Assembly (NCBI GenBank): GCA_036012755.1
Contig: DASCPX010000147.1
Coordinates: 720 to 64,719, forward strand
Direction: 5' to 3'
DNA: 64,000 bases
DNA from: Myxococcota bacterium
GTDB taxonomy: Bacteria; Myxococcota_A; UBA796; CAJQPC01
Made by a program: the position numbers and the translations under genes. The stretch's first letter is position 1. Each line of letters opens with the position of its first letter. A model generated the notes under the pieces. It did not search any database. It worked only from the letters and a program-made list of their open reading frames with translations, and was not told the DNA's origin. This document shows, piece after piece, positions 9,969 to 19,400 of this stretch.

Positions 9969-11875
9969 GGCCGGACCTCGCTGCGCTCTCGGACGAGGTC
10001 CTCGTCACCCTGGCCAACCGGGGGTTGCTGAAGCGGGCCCGGAAGATGCTCGCCAAGGGTCGGGGTCCGGTGGTCTCCGTGGAGGGCGAGGTGGTCGTGG
10101 GCGTCTTCGACGACGGGGTGAAGACGCGCCTGGAGCCAGGGGTGCCTCTTGCCGAGTCCGACTGCTCCTGTGGCGCGCCCGGCGTCTGTCGGCATCGCAT
10201 CGCCGTGGTGCTGGCCTGCCGGGATGCTGCCCCTCCTCCTCCTGTAGAGGACTGGAGCCCAGCCGAGTTCGACGACGCCGCGCTCATCGACGGCCTGGGC
10301 AAGCGGCTCTTCGACCGGGCGTCTCGACTCGCCCGCCGCGGGCTCGTCGTCGAGGTCCTTGGCGACGGCAGCCCGACCGCTCGTCTGCCGACCTGCACCG
10401 TGCGCTTCCTCGTGCCCCACGATCTCGGCTATGCGAGGTGCGACTGCAAGGTGCCGGAGCTCTGCGAGCACGTCGCCTTGGCGGTCTTCGCCTGGCGTCG
10501 CGCGGCGCGGGTGCCGTCGATCGTCGAGCTCGGCGCTCGTGCCGACCTGGACCTCTCGTCGCTGGAGGAGCTCGTGGACCTGTCACGGGGGCTCATCGAG
10601 GAGGGCGTGGTGAACGCGCCCGAGAGCCTCGTCCAGCGCTTCGCCGTCGTGCGCTCCAGGCTGGCCGAGCACGACATGGTGTGGCCGCTGGATCTGTGCG
10701 AGGACATCGAGGATCTCCTCGGGGCCTACCGCGCCCGCAGCGCCCGCTATCGCTCCGAGCTGGCGGCGGAGCTGCTGGTGGAGCCCACGGCGCGGCTGCG
10801 AGCGGTGCAGGCTCGGGGCCGGACTCCACCGGGCTGGGTGCTCGGGACCGCGGAGGCGCGCCAGACCTCGCTGGAGAAGACCACCTTGGTGGCGCTGGGC
10901 TGTCGCATCGAGGCCTTCGGCCGCCAGCGCCAGGCAGAGGTCTACCTGGCGGAGCCAGGCTCGGGGACGGTCCTGGTGCTGCGCCGGACCTGGAATCCCC
11001 GAGACGACCAGGAGCCGCCGGACGCGCCAGCTCTTGCCAGGCGCGTCGTTGCGGGTGGCGTCAAGCTGCGCGCCCTCGCCGCGGGCCAGGTCATCACCCA
11101 GGTGGCTCGGCGGCGGGCGAACCGCCTGCTGGTCCTGGGCCGAGGCCGGACCTCCGCGACACCTCAGCCCGGTGACTGGGACAAGCTCCCGCCGCCGTTG
11201 CGGGTCTCCTCCCTGTCCGAGCTGGCGCACCACCGTGCCAGTCGAGCTCCGCGCATGCTCCGGCCTCGGCTGCTCGCAGAGGGCGTCGTGGTCCTTCCGA
11301 TACAGAGCGTGCTCGGCTTGCGTTGGGCGGCCGGAGAGCAAGCTGCCGTCGGCCTGATCGAGCTCCCCGGGGGCGAGGTGGTCGAGGTCGTCAAGCGTCA
11401 CCGCGGCGTCGTGCCCGGCGCCTGCGCCGCGGTCATCGAGGCGCTCTCGAGCGAGCCCCGCTTCGTGGCCGGGGAGCTCACTCGTGGCCCCGGGGGCTTC
11501 GAGCTCGACCCGCTGTCCATCGTCACCTCTGATGGGGTCGTAGTGGTCGAGCTGGCCCCGGCCAGGCCGGTCCATGGGACCTCGCGTGGCGAGTCCGCGC
11601 CGATCGAGCCCGTGGGCGAGGCGCTGTCCGCAGCCCTGGCCCTGCTGGCAGAGGGCGCCCACGTGGGGCTGTCCTCGGCCACCTCGTCCTGGGTCCAGCG
11701 CCTGGGACACGGCCAACAGCGCCTGGAGCGCGTGGGTCTGGCTCGCTGTGGCTGGGCGCTGGCCACCGTGGGCGTCGCGGCGCGGGCCGCCAGGAGCGGT
11801 GGAGACTCCGGGGCCCTCGTCGATGCCTGGCTCGACGCTCGGATTCGCCTGGGAGTGGCGGCGGAGCGCTTGTAG
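9965..11875 (+). CDS. yehQ: SWIM zinc-finger protein (YehQ-like)
   Basis: LANRGLLKRA start; two SWIM motifs CSCGAPGVCRH and CDCKVPELCEH; last gene of the operon. Confidence 0.85.
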   Translation: MRPDLAALSDEVLVTLANRGLLKRARKMLAKGRGPVVSVEGEVVVGVFDDGVKTRLEPGVPLAESDCSCGAPGVCRHRIAVVLACRDAAPPPPVEDWSPAEFDDAALIDGLGKRLFDRASRLARRGLVVEVLGDGSPTARLPTCTVRFLVPHDLGYARCDCKVPELCEHVALAVFAWRRAARVPSIVELGARADLDLSSLEELVDLSRGLIEEGVVNAPESLVQRFAVVRSRLAEHDMVWPLDLCEDIEDLLGAYRARSARYRSELAAELLVEPTARLRAVQARGRTPPGWVLGTAEARQTSLEKTTLVALGCRIEAFGRQRQAEVYLAEPGSGTVLVLRRTWNPRDDQEPPDAPALARRVVAGGVKLRALAAGQVITQVARRRANRLLVLGRGRTSATPQPGDWDKLPPPLRVSSLSELAHHRASRAPRMLRPRLLAEGVVVLPIQSVLGLRWAAGEQAAVGLIELPGGEVVEVVKRHRGVVPGACAAVIEALSSEPRFVAGELTRGPGGFELDPLSIVTSDGVVVVELAPARPVHGTSRGESAPIEPVGEALSAALALLAEGAHVGLSSATSSWVQRLGHGQQRLERVGLARCGWALATVGVAARAARSGGDSGALVDAWLDARIRLGVAAERL

Positions 11876-11903
11876 GCAGCTCTTGGCTGGAATGTGTCGC
11901 CCG

Positions 11904-12773
11904 CTACAGCGTCTTGTGCGGCTCCAGATCCGGGTCCGGTGGCGACAGGAGTCGAGGTCCGGACAGGGTCTCCGAGTAGCCCCCCGTGCGGATCCACTCG
12001 TCGATGTGCTTCGCGCGCATCACCGTCATCGGGTGGGTGCGCCAGGCCGTGATGAGGAACTTGTAGAAGGTCTCGAGCTCCTCGTCGGCCTCTTCGTACT
12101 CGCGGGCCTGCACCATGAAGGCGTTGAGGTTCATCTGGTCCGCCATCTCGCGTGAGCCGGCGGCCATCTTCATCATCGTGCGCAGGGCGACCTCTTCGTT
12201 CTGGACGACGAGCAGCCCGGCGCGGTCGCCGGAGAGCTCGGCCTTGCGGTACCAGTCGTAGAGCGGGATCGACAGCCCCATGCCGACCACCTGGCCGATG
12301 TTCAAGGTGAGCTCGCCGACGATCTCGAGGATCTTCTTCATGTTCTCGGCGACCACCCGGTAGAGCACGTGGTGGCACTTGATGTGGCCCAGCTCGTGGC
12401 CGATGACGAAGTCGACCTCGTCCTCGTCCATGAGCGCCACCAGCCCGCTGGTGATGCCCACGAGCGGCTGGGTCTCGCCGTAGGTCCAGGCGTTCGGGAT
12501 GGGGCTGTTCACGATGTAGAGGTCGGGGACGGGCATGTCGAGGATCTCGCAGTCCCGGACGAAGCGCTCGTACAACGGCGCGAACTGCCGCGGGCCCGCC
12601 TTGACGGCCATGCCTGTGAGCTGCAGGGCCAGGATCTTCTCGAAGCCGTGCTGCATGAGCTGCTTGACCATGTGCTCGAAGCCGGGGACCGCCCGGAGGA
12701 CCTTCATCGCCTCCTCGTCCCTGGGGTGGATGAAGTCGTCTTCGTCGATTCCGTTCAGAGTGCGGCGTTTCAT
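11904..12773 (-). CDS. M48 family zinc metallopeptidase
   Basis: PNAWTYG, HELGH, AELSGDRAG, THP motifs; start at ATG 12773. Confidence 0.9.
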   Translation of the reverse strand: MKRRTLNGIDEDDFIHPRDEEAMKVLRAVPGFEHMVKQLMQHGFEKILALQLTGMAVKAGPRQFAPLYERFVRDCEILDMPVPDLYIVNSPIPNAWTYGETQPLVGITSGLVALMDEDEVDFVIGHELGHIKCHHVLYRVVAENMKKILEIVGELTLNIGQVVGMGLSIPLYDWYRKAELSGDRAGLLVVQNEEVALRTMMKMAAGSREMADQMNLNAFMVQAREYEEADEELETFYKFLITAWRTHPMTVMRAKHIDEWIRTGGYSETLSGPRLLSPPDPDLEPHKTL

Positions 12774-12783
12774 GCCCACAACG

Positions 12784-14028
12784 CTAATCACCAATCTCCG
12801 AGCAGTCCGAGTGAGGCTCGACCTCGTCGCCGAAGACACCGCAGCCGTCCTCGAGCTCGACGACCCAGGTGGTCGGCTCCGCTTCGCAGGTCACGTTGGT
12901 GTCCTGTCCCGCCACGAGGACTGCCTCCAACCGGCTCCACACGTACTGCGCGTGCCACTCCACGGCCTGCATCTCGTGCCCCTCGACGAGGTCGGCGGGG
13001 CCGTAGAGGTAGAGATCCGCCGCATCCAGGCGACCACCGACTTCGACCTCGATCGTGTGCACGCCGTCGGCGCAGCTGGCGCTGGCGTCGCGAAAGCGAT
13101 CGGTGCCGCCGTCCTCTTCCTCGATGGTCTCCCGCGAGCGGGGGTCGTCGAGCAGTGGGACCTCTTTTGTGCCGTAGAGCCCCACGATGCCGTGACTCAT
13201 GGGGTCCTCGGCCAAGGCGCCGCCGACCACCCAGACGCCGTCTGCGTCGATCTGCACGTCGTGGAGGTCCAGCACGGTGGGGGTCCCGATGCCCAGGACC
13301 TCCCAGCCATCCCCCCGGTCGATGCGGATGGTGCCGCTGCGCCCGGTGACGACCATGCAGTCGGTCTCCAGCGCGACACCGGCCAGGGGAGGGACCGCCT
13401 CTGGGCTGATGTCGACCCAGCCGCCGTCGATGCGCTCCAAGACGAGGCCCTGGGCGTCTCCGCCCACCGCGACGATGCGGCCGTCGTTGCCGGTGACCGA
13501 GACGAGGAGCTCGTCGGTGCCGCTGTCCTCTGCGCTCCACTCCGAGCCGTCGAAGCGCAGGATCCGCCCCTCCGGACCCACGGCGAAGGCCTCGTCCCCG
13601 TCGGACCAGACCTTGAAGAGCGGATCCTCGCGCAGTCGGGTCCAGCCCTCTCCGTCGAACTCCCAGAGGCCCGAGTCGCCGACGACCCAGTCACCCCACA
13701 CGCCGAAGAGCGTGTCCTCGCCGAGCACGTCCCGTCGGACGACGTCCTCTTCGACCCGCAACACGCGCCCGGCCTCGCCCACCAGCCAGGTCCCCGACGA
13801 GTCCGACGCGGCCCACCAGAGGTCGCCCTCCGTGTCGAGGGGGAGCTCGCTCCAGAGCTCGCCCTCCAGGCTCCAGGCGGCGGGCCCGTGCCTTGCGTCT
13901 GCGCCGACGACCAGCGGTCCGGCCGCGAGGCTCAGCAGGGCCCCCGGCTCGTCTCGAGCGACCAGGCGCCACTCGGGCGCTGCCTCGACCCCGGAGTCGG
14001 TGGCGCAGGCGAGCAGTGCGAGGATCAT
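12784..14028 (-). CDS. lipoprotein with beta-propeller-like (VWG/VG-repeat) domain
   Basis: MILALLAC lipobox; repeats such as LFGVWG, LFKVWSDG, AVGPEGRILRFDG. Confidence 0.7.
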   Translation of the reverse strand: MILALLACATDSGVEAAPEWRLVARDEPGALLSLAAGPLVVGADARHGPAAWSLEGELWSELPLDTEGDLWWAASDSSGTWLVGEAGRVLRVEEDVVRRDVLGEDTLFGVWGDWVVGDSGLWEFDGEGWTRLREDPLFKVWSDGDEAFAVGPEGRILRFDGSEWSAEDSGTDELLVSVTGNDGRIVAVGGDAQGLVLERIDGGWVDISPEAVPPLAGVALETDCMVVTGRSGTIRIDRGDGWEVLGIGTPTVLDLHDVQIDADGVWVVGGALAEDPMSHGIVGLYGTKEVPLLDDPRSRETIEEEDGGTDRFRDASASCADGVHTIEVEVGGRLDAADLYLYGPADLVEGHEMQAVEWHAQYVWSRLEAVLVAGQDTNVTCEAEPTTWVVELEDGCGVFGDEVEPHSDCSEIGD

Positions 14029-14083
14029 GCTCGGCACAATAGCCGTCTTGCCGTACTGACGAGGGTGTATGCTCGTACGTACC

Positions 14084-14311
14084 ATGCGCAAGACACTCAC
14101 CCGGACGGGAAACAGCCTCGCCGTCGTGCTCGACAAGAAGCTGCTGGCGGCAACAGGCATCGACGCGGACACAGAGATCGAGATCTCGACCGACGGGGAT
14201 GTCATCGTCATCACGCCAGTCCGGTCGGGCGAGCGGACCCGCGAGCTCCGCGAGGTCATGGAGGACCTGAACAGCCGCTACGCCGGAGCGTTCAAGCGCC
14301 TTGCCGAGTGA
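14084..14311 (+). CDS. AbrB/MazE-family antitoxin
   Basis: KTLTRTGNSLAVVL swapped-hairpin motif; C-terminus YAGAFKRLAE; directly upstream of a Doc toxin. Confidence 0.9.
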   Translation: MRKTLTRTGNSLAVVLDKKLLAATGIDADTEIEISTDGDVIVITPVRSGERTRELREVMEDLNSRYAGAFKRLAE

Positions 14312-14696
14312 GCCTCGCTTTCTGAAGCTCGACGAGGTCCTCGCCATCCATGCCCAGCAGATCGAGCTCTATGGCGGGAGCCCGGGCTTGCGGGACGGAG
14401 GGCTCCTCGAGTCCGCACTCGCGATGCCCGCCGCCTCCTTCGGCGGAGCCTACCTCCACGGCACCCTGCACGAGATGGCGGCGGCCTACCTCTTCCACCT
14501 GGCGAGCAACCACCCCTTCGTGGATGGCATCAAGCGCGTCGGGTTGGCGGCTGCCGGTGCATTCCTCGGCATGAACGGGATGCGGCTGGTCGCGTCAGAG
14601 GACCAGGTGGTCGACATCACGCTCGGCGTCGCGGCGGGTACGGCGACCAAGGCCGACGTCGCGGTCTTCCTCCAGGAGTTCACCGAGCCTCGGTGA
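14301..14696 (+). CDS. doc: Fic/Doc family (death-on-curing) toxin with variant motif
   Basis: GLRDGGLLESALAMP and HPFVDGIKR (canonical HPFxDGNKR). Confidence 0.88.
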   Translation: MPSEPRFLKLDEVLAIHAQQIELYGGSPGLRDGGLLESALAMPAASFGGAYLHGTLHEMAAAYLFHLASNHPFVDGIKRVGLAAAGAFLGMNGMRLVASEDQVVDITLGVAAGTATKADVAVFLQEFTEPR

Positions 14697-15476
14697 TCAG
14701 TGCTCGTGCCCCTCGGCGGCTTCGCCGAAGATCCGGCCGATGCCCAGGCCAACGGCCCAGTCGTAGTTGCCGACGATCGGGACGCGCGCGTCCGCGGAGA
14801 GGGCCCAGCGCTCGTTGGGAGCCCAGACGAAGCCGCCCACCGCGGCCACCTCGGCGAACTGGCCCGGGGCTGCGGACCCGGCGGCGCCGATCCAGGGCAC
14901 GCCGTCGACGCGGCCGAGGCGCCGAGCTCCCTTCAGCGTGACCGTGCCGTAGGGTCTCTGCCTCGTGCCGTCGAGGCCGTCGTAGAGGGACACCCGGCCC
15001 TGTGCGGATGCCGCGAGGAGCCAGGCCGCGCCCCACACGACATCGGCGGAGAGCCAGGGATCGGCGCTCCCGGTGGACAGGGGGGTGAAGGCGAAGCCCT
15101 GGTTGGCGCTTCCGCTGGGAAGGGAGATCCCTGGCGCCACTCGCAGGGCCAGGTTCGGCTTGTCGATCACGCGGGCCTGGGCCGAGATCACGGTGTCCCG
15201 TGTGTAGAGCGCCGGCGCCCGTCGATAGGCCGCCGTCGTCAGGGTCACCGACCAGCGGTCGGACCAGGGCGCCTCGAAGCCGAGGGCCAGCTGTTCGCTA
15301 CGGCCTTGATCGTCCCCGGCGACGAGTCCGGCGGTGCGAACCACGTACTGCCCGGGCTCCATGCCGCCGTCGTACTCAGACCTGCCGACCGGCAGGGTGC
15401 TGTCCGCTCACAAGCTTCACTGGGCTTCGGCCGGTCCGGCCGCCAGCATCCAAAACAGCATCGTCATCGCACTCAT
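14697..15476 (-). CDS. putative selenoprotein: exported beta-barrel 'transporter'-like protein with N-terminal UxxU motif
   Basis: GGAGG RBS, signal peptide ending AEA|Q, then in-frame TGA-AGC-TTG-TGA (15417-15419 and 15408-15410), continuous with the 221 aa ORF; GISLPSG...TGSADP and alternating beta-strands; C-terminal GHEH. Confidence 0.7.
15377..15406 (-). promoter_or_regulatory. candidate bacterial SECIS element
   Basis: mRNA CGGAC-AGCACC-CUGCC-GGUC-GGCAG-GUCUG; the GGUC apical loop begins 17 nt after the second UGA. Confidence 0.65.
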
Positions 15477-15546
15477 CCTGCCTCCGATAGCCGCTTCCGC
15501 GTCCTGACTATCGCGTGCCCCGGACCATGCCGTCGCAGAATCGTCT

Positions 15547-15570
15547 TGATATTGACTTTCAGTTGCAACT
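15547..15570. promoter_or_regulatory. Fur/Zur-family-like operator plus adjacent palindrome
   Basis: TGATATTGACTTTCA (12/15 to the 7-1-7 box TGATAATGATTATCA) abutting the palindrome AGTTGCAACT, in an AT-rich divergent intergenic region. Confidence 0.55.
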
Positions 15571-15612
15571 AATTGATTTGACTACACTTTTTTATGGCCA
15601 TAGCCTCGACGG

Positions 15613-16455
15613 GTGTCTACTGAACGAGCCCTCGCTGTCGCGCTTTCACTGAACGCGGCCTTCCTCGTCGTGGAGGCCGCGGCGGGCTTCATCACAGGGT
15701 CGCTGGCGCTGTTGTCCGATGCCGCCCACATGCTCGGGGACGTTGCAGCCCTCGGACTCGCCCTGGCCGCTGCGATCGTCGCGAAGAAGGCCGGTGGCCT
15801 CGCGCAGACCTACGGACTTCGCCGGGTCGAGGTCCTCGGGGCCTTCGTCAACGGCCTGCTCCTGCTCGCGGCCGCTGGCTGGATCGTGCTCGAGGCCATC
15901 GAGCGCCTCGTCACCGGCATCCCAGAGGTGGCGGGGCTCCCGATCCTCGTGGTCGGCGTCGCGGGACTGGTCGTGAACCTCGGCAGCGCGGCGGTGCTCA
16001 TGAAGCGGGAGGGGCTCAACGTGCGCGCGGCCATGCTGCACATGCTCACGGATGCCCTCGGCTCCATCGGCGCCATCGTCGCGGCGCTGGCGGTCCTGCG
16101 CGGCTACCAGTTCGCGGACGCAGCTGTCTCCTTGCTGATCGCGGTGCTGGTGGTAGCGGCGACCTGGCGCTTGTTGGCCGACTCGACCCGCATCCTCCTC
16201 CAGTTCGCACCCGCGGGCACCGACGTCGACGCGATCCGAGCGGACCTCGAGGACCTGCCCGGGGTGGCCGGTCTGCACGACTTCCACGTCTGGACCTTGG
16301 ACGGCACCGAGCCCATCGTGAGCGTCCACGTGGTCGTCGAGCCAGGCACGCACCCCTACGAGCTCCACGCCGCGGCGCTCGATCTGCTCGCGCAGGACCA
16401 CTCCATCTGCCAGGCGACCGTGCAGGTGGAGACCTCCGCTCAGTCCGTGTCGTAG
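15613..16455 (+). CDS. cation diffusion facilitator (CzcD/ZitB-like Zn/Co/Cd exporter)
   Basis: SLALLSDAAHMLGD, TYGLRRVEVLGA, LNVRAAMLHMLTDALGS, HDFHVW. Confidence 0.93.
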   Translation: MSTERALAVALSLNAAFLVVEAAAGFITGSLALLSDAAHMLGDVAALGLALAAAIVAKKAGGLAQTYGLRRVEVLGAFVNGLLLLAAAGWIVLEAIERLVTGIPEVAGLPILVVGVAGLVVNLGSAAVLMKREGLNVRAAMLHMLTDALGSIGAIVAALAVLRGYQFADAAVSLLIAVLVVAATWRLLADSTRILLQFAPAGTDVDAIRADLEDLPGVAGLHDFHVWTLDGTEPIVSVHVVVEPGTHPYELHAAALDLLAQDHSICQATVQVETSAQSVS

Positions 16456-19400
16456 AGCGCCTCGATCGAGGCCACCACTTCTGCGTAGACCACCGGATCG
16501 ATCTCGCTCAAGGGGATGCCCTCGAGGCGGTAGCCGGGCTTGTCCGAGTGCACGCCTCGCACGAAGGTCAGCTCGCGAATCTCCTGCTGCTGCTCGAAGT
16601 CGTAGCCCATGCCGAGACCGGGCTGGAAGTCGAGGACCGCCGTGACGTCGCTGTTGCGGAAGGGCTTCACCATCCACAGGACCACGCCGCCGTCCTGGGG
16701 GGTGCCTCGGATCCAGCGTTTCCTCGCCATGAACCCGCGCAGGCGGCCCGTCCCGACGTCCTTTGCGATCCAGTTGTCCAGGCTCCGCACCGTGCCATCC
16801 ACAGGCGCCAGCGCCGGGCGGTCCAGCTGCGGGAAGGGAGGCAGCATCTCGTAGTCCGCGAGGACCTGGGCCCAGGCCTCTGTGTCGGTCATGCGCAGGG
16901 GATGGGCCAGGCGGATCTCCGCGTCGATCTCGACGGTCTCGTCCTCGAGGTCCGCGAAGCTGCCGTCCTCTGCCACCCGGAAGGCCCGGGTGCCGTCCCA
17001 CCAGAGCAGCTGCTCTGCCAGGCGCCGGTTCACGGGGTTGGTGAAGACCTCGCGCCAGGCCTCGACGGACCAGCTGCGTCCGTCGATCATCGCGGATTCC
17101 AAGCGCTCGATGGCTGCCTTCACACCAGTCTTCAGCTGCTTCTTCAGGGCCGAGAGCTCCTTGCGCCTGGCCTTGTCGTCCTCTGTCTTCGCCTTGGGCA
17201 GGGCCCGACGCTTCGCGCCGTCCAGGAAGATCGAGAGCGACAGATCGTTCGCCAGCCGCAGGGTGTAGGTCCGCTCCGCGTAGACGAAGTCCCGCTGTCC
17301 TCGAGCGTCGAGACCGAAGTCCGAGAGCACCCGCTCGGCGAGCTCGTCGCGGCTCAGCCCGAGCTTCTTCGCCGCCTCGTCCAGGGCCAGGCCCGCGCGC
17401 TCCCGAAGGCCGTTGCTCCGGGCGCGGCGTGCCCAGTGATCCACCCACTGCAGCGCCGCGGATGACCCATGCCGTGCGAGCGCCTCGACCTTGGCGAAGG
17501 CCTCGAGGTGGTCGCCGGAGCGCGCCTTGTCGTCCAGACTGCGGCCGTAGTCAGCGAGCTCGGACTCCTGTGCGAAGACGCCGGTCAGCTGCACGACCCA
17601 GCCATAGCGGTGCTCCTTTGTCCCCGCGGTCCGCTCCCCGAGGCCGGCCCTGAGCGCCGAGGCGCTGTCAGGGTCGAAGAGCGGGCGCAGGCTCGAGAGG
17701 TCCTCTCGATCGGCCAGCGCCGAGATCAGGCCGCGGAGGGCCCTTGGCGACACCGGGGTGCCATCCGACAACGACAAGGACAGCCCCTCCAGGGAGACCG
17801 GCGCCTCGGCCACCCGCCTGGCGAAGCGCGACTCCAGCTCGGCGAGGTCATCCAGCCCGAGCTCGGACAGGGGGCGCTCGCCAGCGGCGAGGCAGGCCTC
17901 GAGCACGCCCGCGAGCACCTCGCGGACCTTCTTGCTCTTCTCCTTGGCCATCGCGGCCTCGATGACCTCTACGTGCTCCGGGCCGGCGACGGCGAGGTAG
18001 AGCTTCGCTGCCTCGATGCGCACGTCGGCCTTCTTCGCGGACAGGTGCTCCGGCGCGAGCACGCCCAGCTCCCCCAGGACCTTCGGGGCCATGGACTTGG
18101 CTATGCCTTGGCTCGACACCATCAGGTATTTCATGAAGTCGATGGCGCCGGGCCAGCCCGTGCGGCCGTACCACCACCACAAGTCCGCGAGCCCCCAGTC
18201 CTCCATCGTCGCGAGCATGACCTGGACCGCCGCTTCCGCCCCCGGACCGAGCGCGCTGAGCACGTCCATGGCCCGCTGGCGTCCGTCCTCGTTCCAGCCC
18301 GCCTCCTCGAACATCCGCGCGCCGGCGGTGACCTCGTCGGCGAGGGGGAGGGGCGCGTCCGCCTCGGCTGACAACAGCGGCTTCAGGGCGGCGAGGACCT
18401 CTGCCGCCTTCTCCTTGGCGGCCGTGCGCTCGGCGAGCGCCTTGCCGCGGGCCGTGACCGGGATCGCGGCCAGGGCACGGGCCGCGCCAAGGCGGCTCCC
18501 CTTCTTGCGAGAGGCCAGCGCTCGGTCGATCACCTCGATGGCGCCTGGGTCCGAGAGGCCATGGACGGCGGCCTCGCGCACCCCCGAGTGGCTGTCGGCG
18601 AGTAGCTCGGCCAGCTTCGGCCAGGCCAGCTCGCCGCCAGCGGAGGCCAGGCCCCAGGCCACGATGTCCCGCTGGGGGAACTTCGCGATGTCCTGCTCCG
18701 AGAGCGTCGGCGCTGCAGCCCGCGGCAGCTTCTTGAAGGCTTCCAGCGCCCTGGAGCGCAGGTAGGGGTCGCCGCGGGGCCAGGAGCGAATGGCGTCGCA
18801 GGCCCTCTCGAGTGTCAGCGGCAAGGGGAGCTCGGGCAGCCAGCTCCAGATGGCTCCGTCACCGTAGCCGCGCTTGTCCGCCTTGAAGCACGGGGCGATG
18901 TGTCGCTCGATGAACTCGGGGCCAAAGACCTGCCACGCGCGGGCGTAGAGCGGGGCGAACTTCGCGTTGCAGGGCTTCGAGAGCGACTCGACGAAGAGGT
19001 CCGTATCCGCCAGTCCCGCCTTCGCCAGCACGATGGCCGCCATGTGGAGGCCGAAGCGCTGGGGCTGGCTGCGATCGGCCTGGACCAGCGCAGTCGCCAG
19101 GCCCTCGGGCACCGGGTCCAGCTTCTCCGCGACCGCCAGGACCGTGGGCCCGTAGTCGAGGTTCAGCACGACACGGGCAAGCTCCTCCGGGCTGGCGTGC
19201 GGCAGGAGGCGGCCGACGACCTTCTCGGACCAGATCGAGCACCCGGGCTCCCCGGCCGCCTTCGCGAGCGCCTTGCCCCCGACGGCGCCCGGCCACACCG
19301 CGTCGAAGTCCTCGAGGCTCCAGTTCGTGCCCTCGGCCTCGAGGCTCGCGATCAGCTCGAGGGTCTCGGCTCCCAGCTGACCTGGTTCGAGCGCTCCGTG

